IMG/VR virus record: IMGVR_UViG_3300009790_000009
Span: 1 to 61,374 of that record
Reading direction: 5' to 3' (one strand)
DNA length: 61,374 nucleotides
Source: a virus
Lineage: Duplodnaviria; Caudoviricetes
Shown here: one piece after another, positions 58,700-61,374 of the stretch
How the letters are laid out: each line of letters opens with the position of its first letter
Position numbering within the stretch: position 1 is the stretch's first letter
Position numbers and translations under genes: made by a program
Notes under the pieces: model-generated
Databases searched by the model: none
Told to the model about the DNA's origin: nothing
The model's input: the letters and a program-made list of their open reading frames with translations, nothing else

Positions 58700-58828
58700 A
58701 TGACAAGAGCTTGGAGAAAGAAAAATATACAAGGTCGAAGACAGGTTGCTTTAGATAATTTATTAAAGGTTAAAGAACCTAATAAAAGACAATTGAAAGA
58801 AATTGAAACAATACAAAAGAGATTATAA
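58700..58828 (+). CDS. Small basic hypothetical protein (42 aa, not in the ORF track)
   Basis: Translates as MTRAWRKKNIQGRRQVALDNLLKVKEPNKRQLKEIETIQKRL*; TAATG-coupled to queC. Confidence 0.5.
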   Translation: MTRAWRKKNIQGRRQVALDNLLKVKEPNKRQLKEIETIQKRL

Positions 58829-59592
58829 TGGATTTACAAACGGCTTTAGATAGATTACCAGATACTAATAAGAATGTATTAGCAGTATTGTCTGGAGGAT
58901 TAGATTCCTCTGTAATGACAATGATGTTGGTAAAGAAATATGGCGCTAATGCAGTATCAGCCATTAGTTATGACTACGGACAGAAACAAAGAGTAGAGTT
59001 GGAAAAGGCTTTTGAACTTTGTAATAAGTTAGGTATTTCACATAAGATTTTAAATTTAGATATTTTAGGTGAAATAGCTAGACCGATGTCTGCTAACATA
59101 GGCGGTACAGATATAGCTATGCCTAATATTAAAGACGTTTTAGGGGATCCACAACCCCCGACATATGTTCCTTTTAGGAATTTAATAATGTTGTCTCTAA
59201 CAATGAGTGCAGCAGAAGTGGCAGGTGCAAGTCATGTATTCACAGGACTACAAGTTCATGATGAATATGGATACTGGGATACTAGTCAAAAGTTTGTTGA
59301 TAGTATTAATGCAGTAGCAGCACAAAATAGAACATTTAAAGTAGAAGTCCTTGCTCCTTTTAGTGAGATGAGCAAGCAACAGGAAATTGAATTAGCAATT
59401 GAGATGGATCAATTTGATTTATTGGGTAGTACAATAAGTTGTTATGATCCAGATAATGGTAAGTCTTGTGGCGTATGTCCAACATGTGCAGAAAGAATAA
59501 TGAACTTTATTCGAACAAGAACACAAGATCCAATTGAATATGTAGAAGGATTTGATTGGAGTACTGTAGTATCTAAGTATGAGGTGACATAA
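58828..59592 (+). CDS. queC: 7-cyano-7-deazaguanine (preQ0) synthase
   Basis: Contains the PP-loop LSGGLDS, YDYGQ, TYVPFRNLIMLS and the Zn site SCY...CGVCPTC.ER. Confidence 0.93.
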   Translation: MDLQTALDRLPDTNKNVLAVLSGGLDSSVMTMMLVKKYGANAVSAISYDYGQKQRVELEKAFELCNKLGISHKILNLDILGEIARPMSANIGGTDIAMPNIKDVLGDPQPPTYVPFRNLIMLSLTMSAAEVAGASHVFTGLQVHDEYGYWDTSQKFVDSINAVAAQNRTFKVEVLAPFSEMSKQQEIELAIEMDQFDLLGSTISCYDPDNGKSCGVCPTCAERIMNFIRTRTQDPIEYVEGFDWSTVVSKYEVT

Positions 59593-59597
59593 ATAAT

Positions 59598-60230
59598 ATG
59601 TGCGCTATATTTGGAAGCTACGATCAGGAAAAGCTAGAGGAACTAGCAGAGCTTAATAGTTATAGAGGGCAATTGTCTTATAGTATAAGCGAATTTGACC
59701 CTAAAACCAAACAATTATTCCTGAAGCGAAAGAGTATGGGAGCCTTTAGTCTTGAGCACGTGCAGCTCAATGACGGGATGTATAAAATCGCCCACATCCA
59801 GGCCCCGACCACCGCGGCTTCTGCCACAGCAAGCATTCACCCGAGCGCGCGCAATGAGGACGGTGATCTTCTGTGGCATAACGGTATTCTAAAGGAATCT
59901 TTTGTAGAGCATATGCAAAAGGCCCTAGACTCTGATGAAGAGTGGGACACTGGTCTATTACATGACTGGATCCTAACTGGAAAAGAGTTGAGCGAGGTTG
60001 ATGGAACCTTCGCTTGTGTAAGATGTAATAACTATGATATGAGAATATTTCGAAATGAAATTTCTCCCATGTTTTACGACGGGAACCTAAATATTAGTAG
60101 TACCAAATTTGAGGGATCCCAATCCCTTCCACCCAATAAAATATTTGTTATGGACTTTAATAAACGTGATCTTTTAACAGTATCCACATTTACAACAAAA
60201 GAAAATCCATACTACTTTGGAGATGAATAA
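59598..60230 (+). CDS. Class II (Ntn) glutamine amidotransferase-like protein
   Basis: N-terminal MCAIFG (Cys2 nucleophile), YRG, HIQAPT, IHP, LWHNGIL, WDT, DGTFA and RNEISP. Confidence 0.8.
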   Translation: MCAIFGSYDQEKLEELAELNSYRGQLSYSISEFDPKTKQLFLKRKSMGAFSLEHVQLNDGMYKIAHIQAPTTAASATASIHPSARNEDGDLLWHNGILKESFVEHMQKALDSDEEWDTGLLHDWILTGKELSEVDGTFACVRCNNYDMRIFRNEISPMFYDGNLNISSTKFEGSQSLPPNKIFVMDFNKRDLLTVSTFTTKENPYYFGDE

Positions 60231-60722
60231 GTGATCCACATAGGAAGTAAATTTACTAAGAGCTCTTTAACTAACGTACAGGATGGAGATGTCCAACCTA
60301 ATGCTGTTGATTTAAGAGTTGATAAGATATTTGATATCAAACAAGAAAGATTTTATATCAGTAATGATAAGAAACAACATAGAGGTAGCACAGAGAAGCT
60401 ACTCTCTAGAGAAGGTGAATGGTTTCTGCAACCAGGAGCTTATGAAGTTATCTTTGAAAACATTATTGATGTTGCAGAAGGTGAAGCTGGTTTTGTTATA
60501 ACCAGATCTTCATTAAATAGAAACGGATTATATTTAACTACTGGTCTATATGACAGTGGGTATAATGGAGTTATGGCAGCGGTGTTACATGTGACTACAG
60601 CGCCAGCTGTTATAAAGAAAGGAACAAGACTTGGACAATTCTTATTGTTTAAGTCTGAAACACTATCAATGTATGATGGTGATTATGGGCTCAATAAAGA
60701 GCACGATAAAAAATACGATTAA
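60231..60722 (+). CDS. dCTP deaminase / trimeric dUTPase-family protein
   Basis: Contains VQPNAVDLRV, ITRSSLNRNG, GLYDSGYNG, RLGQF and YDG.Y; GTG start. Confidence 0.82.
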   Translation: MIHIGSKFTKSSLTNVQDGDVQPNAVDLRVDKIFDIKQERFYISNDKKQHRGSTEKLLSREGEWFLQPGAYEVIFENIIDVAEGEAGFVITRSSLNRNGLYLTTGLYDSGYNGVMAAVLHVTTAPAVIKKGTRLGQFLLFKSETLSMYDGDYGLNKEHDKKYD

Positions 60723-60734
60723 TAGGAGTATATT

Positions 60735-61184
60735 ATGTTAGTCAATCCAATTGATTTTGTGAAAGGTGTTAAAGAAGGAACAGGTTATTCAGTTCCAGTT
60801 AACGCTTCAGCAGTTGAAGGATACCAAGGCAATCCATTTGTTATGACAAGTGCTGAAGGTAAAGATTCTCAACTTGATAGAACCACCTACGAACTACAAA
60901 CTATGATAGATCCGGGTGACTTAGAAAAGAAAAGAGAAATTAACCACATGTATCCAGGAGTATATAAATTTACTAGTGATGTTTATTTAGATCTTCCTGA
61001 AGATATGGTTGCAACCTTAGTAGCTAATGAAAGAATGCAAGCTGGTGGTTGTAGTGTTATGGGAACATTCGCACCAGGATTTAAAGGATTAATCTCCGGT
61101 CAACTTAGAGTTGATGGTGGAGAGTTCTTCTTCGAACCGGGTGAAGATGTAGCTGAACTACTAGTACAAAAAGTAGAGGGCTGA
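60735..61184 (+). CDS. Degenerate dUTPase/dCTP deaminase-fold paralogue
   Basis: PGVY, LDLPEDMVA, FAPGFKG.I and PGE.VAEL fit the fold, but the RSS and DxGY catalytic motifs are replaced; AGGAG RBS. Confidence 0.5.
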   Translation: MLVNPIDFVKGVKEGTGYSVPVNASAVEGYQGNPFVMTSAEGKDSQLDRTTYELQTMIDPGDLEKKREINHMYPGVYKFTSDVYLDLPEDMVATLVANERMQAGGCSVMGTFAPGFKGLISGQLRVDGGEFFFEPGEDVAELLVQKVEG

Positions 61185-61185
61185 T

Positions 61186-61374
61186 ATGGAATTACAAGTA
61201 CAAATTGCAGACCTACAAAAGAAGAAACTCTTTGTAGCTGCCCCAATGTATGGCGGTCAATGCGCGGGAATGTTTTGTAAATCCACCAATGATTTAAGTG
61301 CTTTGTTTAGAGCACATGGTATTGAATTAAAGTTTTACTACTTGTTCAATGAGAGCTTAGTTACTAGAGCAAGA
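61186..61374 (+). CDS. Glycosyltransferase-like protein, N-terminal fragment (truncated by the window end)
   Basis: Translates as MELQVQIADLQKKKLFVAAPMYGGQC...LFNESLVTRAR; PMYGG and NESL.TRAR are typical of a phage GT-A-like family. Confidence 0.55.
   Translation, partial: MELQVQIADLQKKKLFVAAPMYGGQCAGMFCKSTNDLSALFRAHGIELKFYYLFNESLVTRAR

Noticed and set aside
1635-58964. Minus-strand ORFs in the track (e.g. 1635-2078, 25594-26283, 36854-37201)
   Set aside because: They overlap well-supported + strand genes and read as antisense shadows with no recognisable motifs.
1-61374. tRNA or other structured RNA genes
   Set aside because: Intergenic gaps are short and I recognised no cloverleaf or T-loop signature by eye. 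A covariance-model scan would be needed to exclude them fully.

Overview
This AT-rich window comes from a large T4-like myovirus of the marine type, and every credible gene is on the + strand. From 1 to 31.7 kb it carries baseplate wedge genes (gp7, gp8, a DUF4815/VrlC-like pair) and a long run of fibre-like virion proteins. From 31.7 to 46.1 kb it carries the T4-type neck, packaging, tail and head module (gp13-gp23, gp3), with an acyl carrier protein gene wedged between gp14 and gp15. From 46.1 to 52.3 kb are uvsY, uvsW, gp55, gp47 and gp46. From 52.3 to 61.4 kb are def, flavodoxin, ahpC and a 7-deazaguanine cluster (queE, queD, folE, queC, a class-II amidotransferase, a TGT/DpdA-like protein and a PRTase), followed by two dCTP-deaminase/dUTPase-fold genes. 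The standout observation concerns two tandem paralogues (12677-15148 and 15185-18043) built from two kinds of Tyr/Arg-rich repeat unit. Read outward from a central unique segment, the unit order in one arm is the exact A/B complement of the order in the other arm (24/24 and 14/14 units by manual parsing), with matching length irregularities and Arg/Asp pairing. This looks like a protein-level 'reverse-complement' code for giant antiparallel beta-hairpin fibres with a variable tip. All calls come from motif recognition and synteny by eye; no searches were run.
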